From Octopus vulgaris (lineage: Eukaryota), in assembly GCA_951406725.2 (NCBI GenBank), contig OX597826.1:64232001-64296000 (forward strand): DNA of 64,000 nt. Direction: 5' to 3'. Made by a program: the position numbers and the translations under genes. Below the pieces are notes generated by a model, which searched no databases, was not told the origin of the DNA, and saw nothing but the letters and a program-made list of their open reading frames with translations. This document shows, piece after piece, positions 25,723-39,249 of the stretch (position 1 is its first letter; each line of letters opens with the position of its first letter).

Positions 25723-25919
25723 TTTATTGATATACCAGCAACAGAAATGTTATCAAGAACACAATGCACCATTCGGTCGAGGAATAAAAACAATGACCTT
25801 GAAACCATGAGTGCAACATCCTAACCACTAGATCAGATGTCTTCACATGAATAAAAATAGAGATGAGTAATTGTGAAAGAAAGTGGTTTGTGTCAATAAT
25901 GAGTGACAAGTGAGAGATA

Positions 25920-26880
25920 AGAAGGTTGACCGAAAAGTTCATAGGCTGATAAATATACTGTCATAGAATGTGACAGATGAGGTTAATTTTTCAATACAGT
26001 CCCCTTTGCAGCTCACATACTTCTTTCATGCAGTGCTTGTGTCCCATTGATGAAGAAGCTTTCATCTTGTTGATTAAAAATGTCGTGAAAAGCAGATTTG
26101 ATGTAATCCCCATTGCAATACTGGTTCCCAGCCAAGTGTAGTTTCATGTTGGGGAACAGATGATAGTCAGATGGGGCCAAATCAGGAGAACAGAGTGGGT
26201 GATCAACCAGTTCAAAGCCACAGTCATACACAGCAGCTATTGAAAGCAAGAACTTGTGTGCTGGAGCATTGTCCTGATGAAACAAGATCCCTTTCATCAG
26301 TTTTCTCTGGGCGTTTGGTCTTGACAGCCTTTCATAACTACTTCAGCAAGCTGGCATAGTACTTTCCATTGATCATGTGCCCTTTTGAAGATAATCAAAA
26401 AACACAATGCCTTTTGCATCCCAAAAAACTGAGGTCATCACCTTCCCTGCAGATGGTAACAACCTTGGCCTTCTTTGAAGCAGGTAAGAAGGAGTGTTTC
26501 CACTGCATGGACTGTCTCTTTGTCTCTGACTTAAAGTGATAAACCCAACACTCATCCTGGGTTAGAAAATGTTCAAGGAAGCTGACTGAATCTGCCTCGG
26601 ACAATACCACATTTTCCTGTGATGTGATCAGCCCAGTGAGCTTTGATCAGGTGTCAGAAGATTTGGTACCCACCAAGCAGAAACCTTAATCATGCCAAGT
26701 TCATTCTCAATTCTATCATGGGATATGCCAAAAGCATTAGCTATTTGATTTACAGTCAATCACCTGTCATCCATCACCATATGATGAGCACAATCAATGC
26801 TTTCTTTGGTGCTGTCAGCTGCAGGATGTCTAGACCTTGGGTTATCTTCAAAACTCTCTCAGGCCATGAATAAATGAGAT
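25920..26880 (-). pseudogene. Mariner transposase remnant
   Basis: FLTQDECWVYHF..SAGKVMTSVFWD..GILFHQDNAPAH..HPLCSPDLAPSDYHLFPNMK; TIR-like end gaaggttgaccgaaaagttc. Confidence 0.9.
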
Positions 26881-27599
26881 AGTATAACTGATAGATGAGT
26901 GGATAACAAAATGGAAAGGATAGTTGATGGAAATAACGATAATGGTAACCTCTGATTACTGCTTTGAGTCTTGGGACTCCTAGGGCCATTTACTTGGTTT
27001 GCATGGCATTTAAGTGACTGAAGTCACAACATCCTCCTGAACAGGACACCAGTCTGTTGCAAGGTTCCTTGTTCACAGCTGAGCTGACTGACACAATGTA
27101 AAAAGAAGTGTTTTGCTCAATAACAAAATGCTGTTCCAGGTCTAGGAATTGAAACGTTGATTTTGTGATTGTGAGTGCAACACCTTTATTACTAAGCCAT
27201 GCACTTTCACAGTTGATGGAGATTCAGTTGGAATATAATTGATAAGAAACCCAAATGTAAATCCACTGACATCTTTCTAATGTTCATTTTGCCATGCCAG
27301 AATAGGTGTGTGGGACCTCTCCTGCATTGCATATCATCACTCATCATGATTCTTTGTCATCTACTTCATGAAGTCCAACTTCTTGAGATCAATATTCACC
27401 ACTTCATCTTATGTCTTCCTCAGTCTCCTTCTTCCACAGGTTTAATCCACGTAAAGTGCCCAGCACTTTTAATATACGACAGACATCCTATGTCCATACC
27501 AGAGCAGCTTTTTCTCTAGCATGTTACATATGATTCCTTTTATATCCAATTTTTCTTTCAGTTCATTTGTGTTCTGCTTTCCATGCTCACTTAATTTTC

Positions 27600-28038
27600 T
27601 TTATTTCTTTATTGCCCACAAGGGGCTAAACATAGAGGGGACAAACAAGGACAAACAAGGACAAACAAGGACAGACAAATGGATTAAGTCGATTACATCG
27701 ACCTCAGTGCGTAACTGGTACTTAGTTTATCGACTCCGAAAGGATGAAAGGCAAAGTTGACCTCGGCGGAATTTGAACTCAGAACATAAAGATAAATGAA
27801 ATACCTATTTCTTTACTACCCACAAAGGGCTAAACACAGAGGGGACAAACAAGGACAGACAAACGGATTAAGTCGATTACATCGACCTCAGTGCGTATCT
27901 AGTACTTAATTTATCGACCCCGAAAGGATGAAAGGCAAAGTTGACCTCGGTGGGATTTGAACTCAGAATGTAACGGCAGATGAAATACTGCTAAGCATTT
28001 CGCTTGTTGTGCTAACGTTTCTGCCAGCTCACTGCCTT
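27600..28038 (-). mobile_element. SINE family B tandem dimer
   Basis: Two consecutive bodies and tails; a similar dimer lies at 62093-62485. Confidence 0.8.
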
Positions 28039-28682
28039 ATTTTCTTTCTAGCCTTCACAAATTTTCTGCATTCAAAGCTCATGTCTTGCTACCATATAAT
28101 GTACCCTTTACTATGAGAGAGAAACTCATTGTTATTCGTAGGGTCAATAATTCCCTGAACTTCTTAATCTGGCTACTCTACTCTTAGAATATCCAGCTCC
28201 ACTGCAAGGTGCATTCATACATGTAACTCCTTCTGTGTATCTGTGTATTTGCCACATACACAGTCTACCATTTCTGCCTGCCTACCTGTGATCCCAACTG
28301 AATCTCTTTTGCATTCAGGTCAACTCTGACTGAGCAGACATTCTTGCCACGACAATCCAGTCTTTTTTTAAGCATGTCTGGGACTCTATTGTACAATGTG
28401 CATTGTTCTTTTTCTTCTACCAATATAGTGTGAGAGGTTTGGCTGTTATTTCTAGTAAGTTGAGTTATCATGTAGAGGTTGATGTATGTATTCTTTCTAT
28501 GAATATGTGTATGTGTGAATGTGCAACATATATGTTTGCAAACATGTGTGTGTGTGTGTCTGAATGAGTGCATGAATGCAGGATTGCATTTTTAGAAGTG
28601 CATACATGCATGTGTGATGTATATCTTGAGTGTTGATGTTTGATTTTTTGCAAGTACTTTTTTTACAAACCAATCCTATGAC

Positions 28683-29035
28683 TGGCACCTGGCAGTTGCC
28701 AGGACCCCTGGACTAGTGGTACGTAAAAAGCACTATCCGAATCGTGGCCGATGCCAGTGCCGCCTTGACTGGCTTCCGTGCTGGTGGCACGTAAAATGCA
28801 CCAATCCGACCGTGGCCGTTGCCAGCCTCACCTGGCACCTGTGCAGGTGGCACGTAAAAAGCACCCACTACACTCACGGAGTGGTTGGCGTTAGGAAGGG
28901 CATCCAGCTGTAGAAACACTGCCAGATAAGACTGGAGCCTGGTGCAGCCTTCTGGCTTCCCAGATCCCCGGTCGAACCGTCCAACCCATGCCAGTATGGA
29001 GAACGGACGTTAAACGATGATGATGATGATGATGA
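28683..29035 (+). mobile_element. Family C copy
   Basis: Internal repeats and (GAT)n tail. Confidence 0.8.
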
Positions 29036-29359
29036 TTGGTGTGTATGTATAAATGTGTGTATGTCTGCATGTGTGTAAGTTCATACACATGTAATTATGT
29101 AAGAGTATTGTTGTATGGGTGTATATTTATCTGTATTCTCTGTAATCTTAATACATATTTATTTATATATATATTTTTCCTGTGTGTAGATCACTCAATA
29201 ATTTTTTAATATACATCTTTTAGCGTGTGTGTGTTGTATGCTTTGAGCCTGTGTGTACAAGCATATGTGTATGTGAGTGCATATTTGAACACATGTGTAT
29301 GTGCATGTATGCATATTTGAGCATATATGTACAAGCATGTGTTTGTGTGTGTGTATATG

Positions 29360-29752
29360 TATGAGGGGTTGCTGAAAAGTTCCTGGCTTTAAGGGTCTCG
29401 TGAAAGGCCTGGTTAGAGGCCTAACCTCCCAAGTTCTTTTACAAGGCTTAGAAAATCTGAAAGTCCACTGCAAACGTATCAGAGCAATCACCCCCAAGGA
29501 CAATTACACCCCTGTAGGACAATTTCCCGACGACAACTACCCCCGAGGACTAAGAAGTTTTAAAATCATCATCTGTTGTCTTCAGGGGTAATTGTCCTTG
29601 TGGGGGAGTTATTGTGCGTGGGGGATAAATGTCCTAGAATCGCTGCAACTCATGTCTGAATCTGAAAGGGGAATATGTTGAATGAAATCATTAACTAATC
29701 CTCCTGTATCTTCTTTTTACTCAAAGCCAGGAACTTTATAGCACCCAGTTCA
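29360..29752. mobile_element. Mariner-derived MITE with nested ~165-bp insertion (~29475-29640)
   Basis: Matches 15642-15895 apart from an inserted segment with ggacaatt.cccc / ggggtaattgtcc inverted motifs. Confidence 0.65.
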
Positions 29753-30198
29753 TGCAATGTATGAGTAGATATGTAATTTCATATTCTATGTGTGTGTGTG
29801 TATGATTGTATAATTCTTTACTGGTGTGTACACATGTGTGTGTGAATGAATATTTCTGTTAAATTGTTTAAAGTTTTTACTTGTTTCAATCCCTGGACTG
29901 TGCGGTCAAGCTGGGGCATGACCTTTTAAGGGTTTAGTTGAATATATTGACCCCAGTACTTAGTTTTAATTTCGGTACTTATTCTATCAGTCTCTTTTGC
30001 TGAACTGCTAAGTTACAGAAGCATAAGCAAATTAAGACTGATTGTCAAGTGGTGGTAGAGGTATAAACACAGCATCCATACACATATACACATACATAAA
30101 TACATACATACATACATACGTACGTATGTAAGTATGTACATACACACATACACATACATACATACATACATACATACATACATACATACATACATACA

Positions 30199-30229
<31 letters not shown>

Positions 30230-30991
30230 TCACACACTTGCAATGGGTTTCCACACAGTTTCCACCTACTAAATTCACTCACAAGGCTTTGGCTGTCTCA
30301 GGGCCATAGTAGAAGACTTGTCCAGGTTGTTGCACAGTGGGATTGAACTCAAAAGCATGGGGTTGCTAAGCAAGCTCCTTACCTTGTCTGCACCTATGTA
30401 TGATTGCATAACACTTTACTGTTGTGCATTATGTGTGCATGTCTATGTGTATATATGTGCACATGTACACGTGCATATATGCATATCTGCATACATGTGC
30501 ATGTGCATGCAAACATTCATGCTTATGCATGCACATGTGCATATGTAAGTGTGCATGTGTGTGTGTGTGTGTATCTGTGTGTGTGTGTGTGTGTGTGTGT
30601 CTGTGTGTGTGTGTGTCTGTGTGTGTGTGTGTCTGTGTGTGTGTGTGTGTGTGTGTGTAGCTGTCTGTCTGTCTGGTTACATTTTATGAATCTGTATGTG
30701 AGTCAAAATATTACAAAATTTTCAGACAAAGAATAATGTACGATTTGAACTTTAAGTCATTTACCTGTTTTATATTTTCACCTTGATATAATGATTTATG
30801 TCTACCTTGATGAGGTTACCTCTACATGATTACTGACCTGTAAAAAAACAACAGCCAGATTTCCCTCAAATCACATCCGGCTGTCTTAAAAAGAAGAAGG
30901 TAGTACTGGATAATGTATTTCCTAGGAAGACGGCAACCATGTTCACAGCTGGAATTGCCAGGTCTGTCTTGGGTTAAACAGCAGCGTGAAC

Positions 30992-31546
30992 AAAGCAGTA
31001 GCAGCAGTAGCAGCAGCAGCAGCAGCAGTAACATTTGCTGCAAGCAACAACAACAACAGCAACATAACCACCACACAAATCACCACCACTACCACTGCTG
31101 CTGCTGCCACTGTTGCTGCTGTCACCGCCGTCGCCACCACTGCCACCACCACTACCACCACCACTACCACCACCAGCACCCCCACCACCAGCATCATAAC
31201 CACCACCACTACCACCACCAGCACCCCCACCACCACCATCACAACCACCACCACCACCACCACCACCACCACCACCACCACCACCACTACCACCACCAGC
31301 ACCCCCACCACCAGCATCATAACCACCACCACCACCACTACCATCACCACCACCACCACCACCCCTACCACCACCAGCACCCCTACCACCACCAGCACCC
31401 CTACCATCACCAGCACCCCTACCACCACCAGCACCCCTACCACCACCAGCACCCCTACCACCACCAGCACCCCTACCACCACCAGCACCCCTACCACCAC
31501 CAGCACCCCAACCACCACCAGCACCCCTACCACCCCCAGCACCAGC

Positions 31547-31577
<31 letters not shown>

Positions 31578-31622
31578 CCACCACCACCACCATGACTACT
31601 AACAGCAACAGCAGCAACAACG
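30992..31622. repeat. (CAC)n-derived array with emerging 18-bp unit CACCACCAGCACCCCTAC
   Basis: Directly visible. Confidence 0.9.
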
Positions 31623-32393
31623 ACATTTGTGTATACATATGTGTGTGTGTGTGTGTGTGTGTAAAACCAGAGGAACCTATCTCGATTTTTTTCCGATAAA
31701 CATCAGTTGCATTTAATGATTCTACCAGCTGCCAGTAATTAAGAAAAATGCAACAAAAATAACTATAAAAAAAAAAAAACTCAATCAAACAACTAAAATA
31801 GTCAAGGTATGAGATTTGATATAATTGCTCGATCTGCAAAAAATAGCAGTCAAACCTTGTTTGATAAAGATGTGTAATTGGGTATTCATAAAAAAAGAAG
31901 GCTATGTAGTCCTTGATGTATTATATCTGTTAACAAAAAAAAAGAAAAGAAAAAGAAGGATGGTAACAATTGATCAAGGTTGAGCTGGTGCTAAAGAACA
32001 TCATAACAGTGTGCACATATGTATGCAAGAGAAGTAAATCTCAATTGTTTTCCCATAAAGAACCTGTTTTCTATTTACCACTGTCTAACACATACCAATG
32101 ATAAAAAAGAAACCAAATAAAATCCAATACTTGGCAAAAAAAAAAAAAATTTTGGTGGGGAAACCCCAGTATATGTACAAAATCAAAGAAAAATAAATGA
32201 ATAAATGAATAAAAAAGATAACCCTATTGATTTACAACCTTCTCTCTCTCTCTCAGTTGATAAAATATTTTGATAAAAATATTTCTTTGAATTGAATACC
32301 ATTGATTTCAGTCAAGGAGCTTGGGTGAATGACAACTAGATAACAGATTGAAAGAGTTGGCAAATGTGTTGTTTGTGGTCAGAATATTTAACC

Positions 32394-32612
32394 CAGTGGT
32401 TTCCAACCAGAGTTCCGCGGAACCTTAGGGTTCCGCCAGTACAGTTCAGGGGTTCCGCAAGAAGTTACAAAAATGCTAAAATCAACAGTAATTTTTAATT
32501 CTCCTGTGCAGATATGTGTGCATAAGACAATTAAATTATTGCACAGGGGTTCCTCGAGCCAGTGAAATGCTTTATTGGGGTTCCGCTCCAGCAAAAAGTT
32601 TGAAAAGCACTG
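32394..32612. mobile_element. hAT-type MITE
   Basis: CAGTG...CACTG termini; 8-bp TSD ATTTAACC at 32386-32393 and 32613-32620. Confidence 0.85.
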
Positions 32613-32618
32613 ATTTAA

Positions 32619-32838
32619 CCCTTTCGTTACTGTATTTATTTTGAGATGCACTGCGTTTCTTTCAATTACTTTAAATATAACAAAGAATTTGGTAAAATAA
32701 CTTAGTTATCATTCAGCTAGTGTTAGCAACATAAATTGTAACTAAGGTTTGGTGGAAGATTTTAATTCAAAACATATGAAAACAAGACATTTGTACTCAG
32801 AGCCAGAGTCGGTTTCAGCCAGGTTAGTAATGAAAGGG
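32619..32838. mobile_element. piggyBac-type MITE
   Basis: TTAA-CCCTTTCGTTACT ... AGTAATGAAAGGG-TTAA. Confidence 0.85.
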
Positions 32839-32899
32839 TTAAACACAAATGGAGCCAAGTTCATCTAACTGTGGAAATAGGTAAATACATACATTCTGA

Positions 32900-33228
32900 G
32901 ACCTCCTTTGGTCACGACACAGACCATGGGATTGCACCTAGAAAGTTACTCTCCCAGGCACAAGTCCAGGCAAGGTTGTTTAAAGAAGACCAGCAGTCGC
33001 CCATGCATACTGGCCTCCCCTCTCCACGCCACCAGTGTTATGCAAGGGAAAGGCAACGGCCGATACAGCTTGGCACCTGTGATGTTGCAACTCATTTCTA
33101 CAGCTGAGTGAATTGGAGCAATGTGAAATAAAGTGTCTTGCTCAAGAACACAACACGCAGCCCGGTCTGGGATTCGAGCTCACAATCTCACGATCGTAAG
33201 CTCGACGCTCTAACCACTGAGCCATGCA
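32900..33228 (-). mobile_element. tRNA-derived SINE family D
   Basis: Head TGGCTCAGTGGTTAGAGCG..GCTCGAATCCC followed by GTGTTCTTGAGCAAGACAC; relatives at ~53830-54125 and ~26990-27205. Confidence 0.75.
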
Positions 33229-34079
33229 TACATACATATAAAATATTATTGAATATAAATTCTTGATTTATTAAAATTACTAGTTTAAAAGCTGCATTGC
33301 GTGCAGACTTTTAAGCTTGCTCCTGTGTAGGGCTAACTGGGCCTACAGCCCAAAATTAAGGAGAGCTAAATAGCATAACTACAATACTTCTATAATGACT
33401 ATATGCCCTGGTGGTGTTTGATCAGAGGTTAAGGACTGATGAGAATTAATTCTGTAATGCAAATCATTCTATTGTTCCAGTCTCAAGTTGAATTCCTACT
33501 GTTGGCCAATTTGTCCCAAATTTCTTATCTTGAAGCAAATGTCATTTATCTCTCTCTTGATCTCTAATGCCATCTGACAAATGCCAACCAAGATGATGTG
33601 AATCAGCCAAGCTTTACTTGCTAGAAAAAGCAACCCAAATGCTTTTAAATCAGATGCCAATGCTGGATGTTCAAAAACCAAATGAAGGGCAGGTTTTCAA
33701 TACTGGGATCATCCTGATTCCAAAAAGGTATAATATGTCTATCTAGAGCAAATGTAGACTTAGATACAGGGATCCCAGACAGACAGAACTTCACATTTAT
33801 TATTATAGATTTCCACCTCTAGAGGAAGTATAAGTTCCTTGGTTACAGGAGATAAGATATCTTGTAACCAAGGAACTTATTTGTAGATAAGATTGTCCTC
33901 TTATCTTCAGATAATAAGCCTGTCCTTTTCCTCATTGGGTTGTCAGTTTTAGAGAACTCTTGTATCTTGAGATTATCTCCCTTTCTCAAGCAGAGTTGGT
34001 CTTAATTGCATATTAGTAATTATGAAACATCCTCTAGAGGCTGAGATGAATTTATGTGATATATTGTCTTTGATATACT

Positions 34080-34460
34080 TGTAGGAGTGGCTGTGTGGTA
34101 AGTAGAACCAACGACATGGTTCTGGGTTCAGTCCCACCGTGTGGCATCTTGGGCAAGTGCCTTCTACTATAGCCCCGGGCCGACCAAAGCCTTATGAGTG
34201 GATTTGGTAGACGGAAACTGAAAGAAGCCCGTCATATATATGTATATATGTATGTGTGTGTATATGTTTGTGTGTCTGTGTTTGTCCCTCTAGCATTGCT
34301 TGACAACCGATGCTGGTGTGTTTACGCCCCCGTCACTTAGCGGTTCGGCAAAAGCGACCGATAGAATAAGCACTGGGCTTACAAAGAATAAGTCCCGGGG
34401 TCGATTTGCTCGATTAAAGGCGGTGCTCCAGCATGACTGAAACAAGTAAAAGAGTAAGAG
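34080..34460 (+). mobile_element. SINE family A copy
   Basis: Colinear with 73-480, small deletions. Confidence 0.85.
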
Positions 34461-35280
34461 AGCTATCTTTGTTGTACAAATACATGCCTTTAGCCACTCT
34501 GAGTGAATTAGTGACAGTTTGTAGTTCAGTTCTTCCAGTAGGAAAGTCTACCTCCTGTATGCCAGCAGCCATGTTAATGAAGGAGGGGTTTCATCTCTCT
34601 CATCCAGCTAACTTTATGGTAACCAAGATGAACTTGAGATACATAAAAAGATCAGATGTTTCTCTCCTTTCCTCTGATGCAACTAGGAATTCCAGCTGTC
34701 TGAATTTGATATGGTGGTGGAATGACATTTGAACACTCCAAACAGTGTAGCAAGACATGAGATAAAATGATCAGAATTATATAAAGTAGCTGAAAATGAG
34801 GGTTAATAATAGCAGAAGAATTGGCAAGTCAAAGAGAGGAAGTGAAATAGCATTGATTCAATTTTTTTTTAAATGTAGTACAAACATATATGAGACTTGA
34901 TTAACGAACTAATGAAATTTCAAAGATGAAATAATAAAGGGGGCAGTGTTCTGACAGTTGACAACTGATATGAGTAGGTTATACTTCAACAATTCTAGGT
35001 GTGTAAAAATGCTTCCAAAAGTCATGGGTGCTCTGCGGTTTATTAATTTTATAAGCATGTCCACGAGAGGTAGAGTTATTGAATTAAAAAATGTAGCCAA
35101 AGTTATTGTTGGAAAAATGGTAGAATAATCTTGCTGGATTCTACCAAGTTACCAGCAGCTAGACATTGAAACTTTAAATGTTACAAAGCCAAGAGAAACA
35201 AGACTCTCAAGATATGGTAAGAACATATTTGATTGCATGTTTCTGGTCAGCTTCCAGTAGTTTGCTATTCTGGACAAGAT

Positions 35281-35795
35281 CTTCTTCTTCTTAATCCTTT
35301 TTCCCCTTGTGGATCATAGGGCCTCAACAGTTGTTTTCCACTTTTTGCAGTCATTGGTGTGTTTCTTGACTGCTTCCCATGTCAGGCCAGTGGTCCTGAG
35401 CTTGTCCAAAATGCTCCACTTCCATGTCTGCTTCGGGTGTCCTCGCTTCCTTTTACCCTGTGGGTTCCAGTCAAGTGCTTGTCGTGTCACATTTGAGGAT
35501 TCTTTCCTCAGTGTGTGTCCAATCCATCTCCATTTCCTTCGTTTAATCTGAACATGTATGGGCTCCTGGTTGGCCCTTTTCCACAGGTTGGTGTTTGGCA
35601 CTCTTTCAAACCATTTCAGATGGAGGATCTGCTGGAGACATTTATTGATGAAGGTCTGGATCTTCTTGTAGTTACTGTAGGTGGCTCTCCATGTTTCAGA
35701 GCCATACTAAAGCACAGATTTTACGTTTGAACTAAATAATTGTCAGTCTGATCAATAACTGTCAGTCTGATCAATAATTGTCAGTCTAATCTTAG
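35281..35795 (-). mobile_element. 5'-truncated RTE-clade LINE with 14-bp TSD
   Basis: IKRRKWRWIGHTLRK..ALDWNPQGKRKRG.PK.TW C-terminus; (GAA)n tail; ATTCTGGACAAGAT at 35267-35280 and 35796-35809. Confidence 0.85.
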
Positions 35796-38210
35796 ATTCT
35801 GGACAAGATGGAGGTGCCAAACTGGAGATGTAAGTTGTAAATGTGGATGTAAAAATTACAGGTATTATAACCCCAACCTTTCAATGCCTTTGGCTTTATA
35901 AAATAATTATCGAACTGTATAAACATATAGGCTGGTTACTCATTAGAGATATAGTCATAAACACCAAATACTTTTTATTAGCCCACGTATAATGTTTTTA
36001 AAGTCTATATGTATCATCACCATCATTGTCATCATCATTTAACGTCTGCTGGATGGTTTGTCAGGAGCTGGTTGTGCTGGAGCCTGCACTGGGCTTCTGT
36101 ATCTGTTTTGGCCCGGTTTTTACAGCTGGATGCTGGATGCCCTTCCAATATGCATATGCTTCAGAGTAAAGTATTCAACAAGTACGGAGCATAATATGAA
36201 ATTAAATAAATGACAAGGGAACAGGGATTATGCAATTCACTTCATTAGCTTACAGCTGTTTCTGCTATATGTATCAACACTCTACAAAGTATTACTCGTT
36301 GATAAATAGATATTATACAACAACAATAGATTATGATAAAAAGAAATATTTAAACAGCTGTAGTTATGAACAAGAAGGTTATTATCAAAATATAATAATA
36401 TTGAAATAGTTTAACGACAGAGTTTGATAACAGTTAAATAAGAGGAAGATGTAATTAGAATAAAATATACTGTAATAACAGCATTAGTGGAGTATTATGG
36501 TGGATTGCCAGTTAAATGACAACATGAATTTTTTAATGTTAAAGGTGAAAATAGATAGATTCTCAAGAGAGAGGGAGAGTGAGTGAGAGAGAGAGAGAGA
36601 AAGAGAGAAAGAGAGAAAGAGAGAGAGAGAAAGAGAGAGAGAGAAAGAGAGAGAGATGGATAAATAAATTGATAGAGAAAGAGAGGTGGGAGGAATTGTC
36701 AGTCTGATCTGAGAGTTTAATTCTGAAAAAAAAAAAGAAGAAAATCAATAAAAATTTAGAGGAAAAGTTTACTATTGCACTTCACATTATCATTTCTTGA
36801 CACTGGAAACAGATATTAAGTTCACTAGAAAAGTGAGCAATTACAACTCAATTTGTTCTCACTGCCACTGTCAGTTTGCTTTATTTAGCAGTTGGTGACA
36901 ATGTACTTTATATAGCAACATAGAATTAGGGGGAAAATTTCCATTACCAGTAAAGAAGTCTTCTCTTGAGAATTTCCATCCTGGTGTGGAACAATTTTCT
37001 GTGGTCTTTGTCGCTAAAACAATGATGACTTCAGTCAATCAGATAACGATGGTGAAACGGTTGCTGGATCATATGTGCATATGCATGTGTGAGGGAGAAG
37101 GAGGAGAAGAATAAGGCAAAAGAGAATGGGAGAGGGGACATTAAGGGGAAGAGAGAAAGAGAGTAAGAGAGAGAGAAAGAGAAAGTAAGAGAGAGAGAGG
37201 GGGAAAGTAAGAGAGCGAGAGAGAGTGAGAGTGGGAGATAGTTAAGTTAAGTTAAGTTAATTTTTTGGCTCAAAAAGCAAAAAGCAAGGCCATGTAGGGG
37301 GACATGGAGTTATGTACAGGGAGGGTGTTCATGCAAAGAGTTCAGGCCATTTCTGGTCAAGAGAGACTTTGAACCGAGCAGTCGTCAGCATCTTCACTAT
37401 CTTGTCCGGCAGTGTTCCTCCTTCACTCTAGGAATCTTTATTATAGGCATATAACCCGAATAGAGAGGGGACATAACAAGGACAGACAACACAAAACATG
37501 GGGTACATATAACGAAAGATAATTATGAAATGAAATATTTACAATGAATAGAATGGAATGGCTTACGAGCCCCCCCAAAGCTCGCGGTTTCCTTTTTACT
37601 GTTTATGAATACAATTGAAATTATCTGGTGTATCCGTCCGTTATGTACTCTAGCAATTGCTCCTGCTCCATTCCTCATTCGCTCTAATCTGAGCCTATGC
37701 TATATGTTTTGTAACAATAATGTCTCCAAAACTAAGTTCCCTATGGCATTTGCGTTCTGCCCAAAATCGATGGATGCTTGGTGAAAAAGAAATGATACTT
37801 TATTCCTTTCATCAGTTACTTGCATCAGTCATTGGACTCAGCCATGCTGGAGCTTTGCCTTGAAGTGTTTAGTTGAACATATCAATCCCCGTATTCTTTT
37901 TTTTTTTTTGTTCTTTTACTTATTTTCAGTCATTTGATTGCGGCCATGCTGGAGCACCACCTTGAGAGATTTTAGATAAACAAATCAACCCCAGGACTTA
38001 TTTTTTAAGCCTAGTACTTATTCTATCGGTTTCTTTTGCTGAACTGCTAAGTTAAAGGGATGTAACATTCCAACACCAATTGTCAAGTTGTGATGGGGGA
38101 ACAGACACAGATACAAAGACACATGCACACATAGATATATACACATAAATACATACATACATACATACATACATACATACATACATACATACATACATAC
38201 ATACACACAC

Positions 38211-38241
<31 letters not shown>

Positions 38242-38250
38242 TACATAAAT

Positions 38251-38281
<31 letters not shown>

Positions 38282-38301
38282 TACATAAATACATACATAC
38301 A

Positions 38302-38335
<34 letters not shown>

Positions 38336-38360
38336 CACACACACACACACACATACATAA

Positions 38361-38391
<31 letters not shown>

Positions 38392-39249
38392 CACACACAC
38401 ACACACACATACATAAATACATACATACATACATACATACATACATACATACATACATACATACATACATACATACATACATACATACATACATAATGGG
38501 GTTTTTATCTGCCACAATTCACTTAGTAAAATGTAGCTCAATTCATTTGAGATTACAGCAAAAAACCTTGCCCAAGGTATCACAAAGTAAGATTAACACC
38601 TAAAAACCACGTGAGTTACAAAGAAAATCCACTTAACTTCTTAACTATACAGTCATACCTGCTTACAACTTGTTACTGTTAATATAAATCATATCATTTC
38701 ATTTAAAAAGAAAATAACAAAGACAAGAACAAGCAAGTCTTGAAATTCAATTGATCTGAGAAAATTATATATATATGTAAAAAGAAAAAGAGAAATGGAA
38801 AAGGTACTTACATGAAATAAAATGTGAAGTATAATGACTAAATCATAGCCAACTTTGAGCTATGAGTGGGTGGCTGAAGAGAGCTGGGGAAGGGCCTGGC
38901 AGAGGGTAATGTCACATGTACCAAAACATAGGATCTGAACTTTGAACCGAATATCATCAGAACTGAACAGAAAACAGCATGACAGTCTTTTTTAATAACA
39001 AGAAGTTTATTTTGACAAAGAATAGTTTTGTTTTTTTTTACAACAGAAAACTGAGGTGGATGAGGTGGTGGTGGTTGTGGTGGTGGATGAGGTGGTGGTG
39101 GTGTGGTGTAATTGTGGGGATAATAAATATATGTGTGTGTGTGTGTGATGGTACAGATGGCATGGTGGTGTTGTAGAAGTAAGTGGTGTAGTATGATTTG
39201 ATGGTGGGGGAGGAGGAAGTAGCAATGGTGGTGTGGTGTCGATGGTATG

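Noticed and set aside
30913-31839. His-, Thr- and Val-rich ORFs (mucin-like)
   Set aside because: Trinucleotide array open in several frames on both strands
33425-33470. CTGATGAGAATT resembling the 23015 hammerhead start
   Set aside because: No downstream GAAA, stem III or stem I partner
37430-37800. Possible second Tx1 3' remnant (gaggggacataacaaggacagac tail, HRLRLER-like translation)
   Set aside because: Similarity too weak to call by eye
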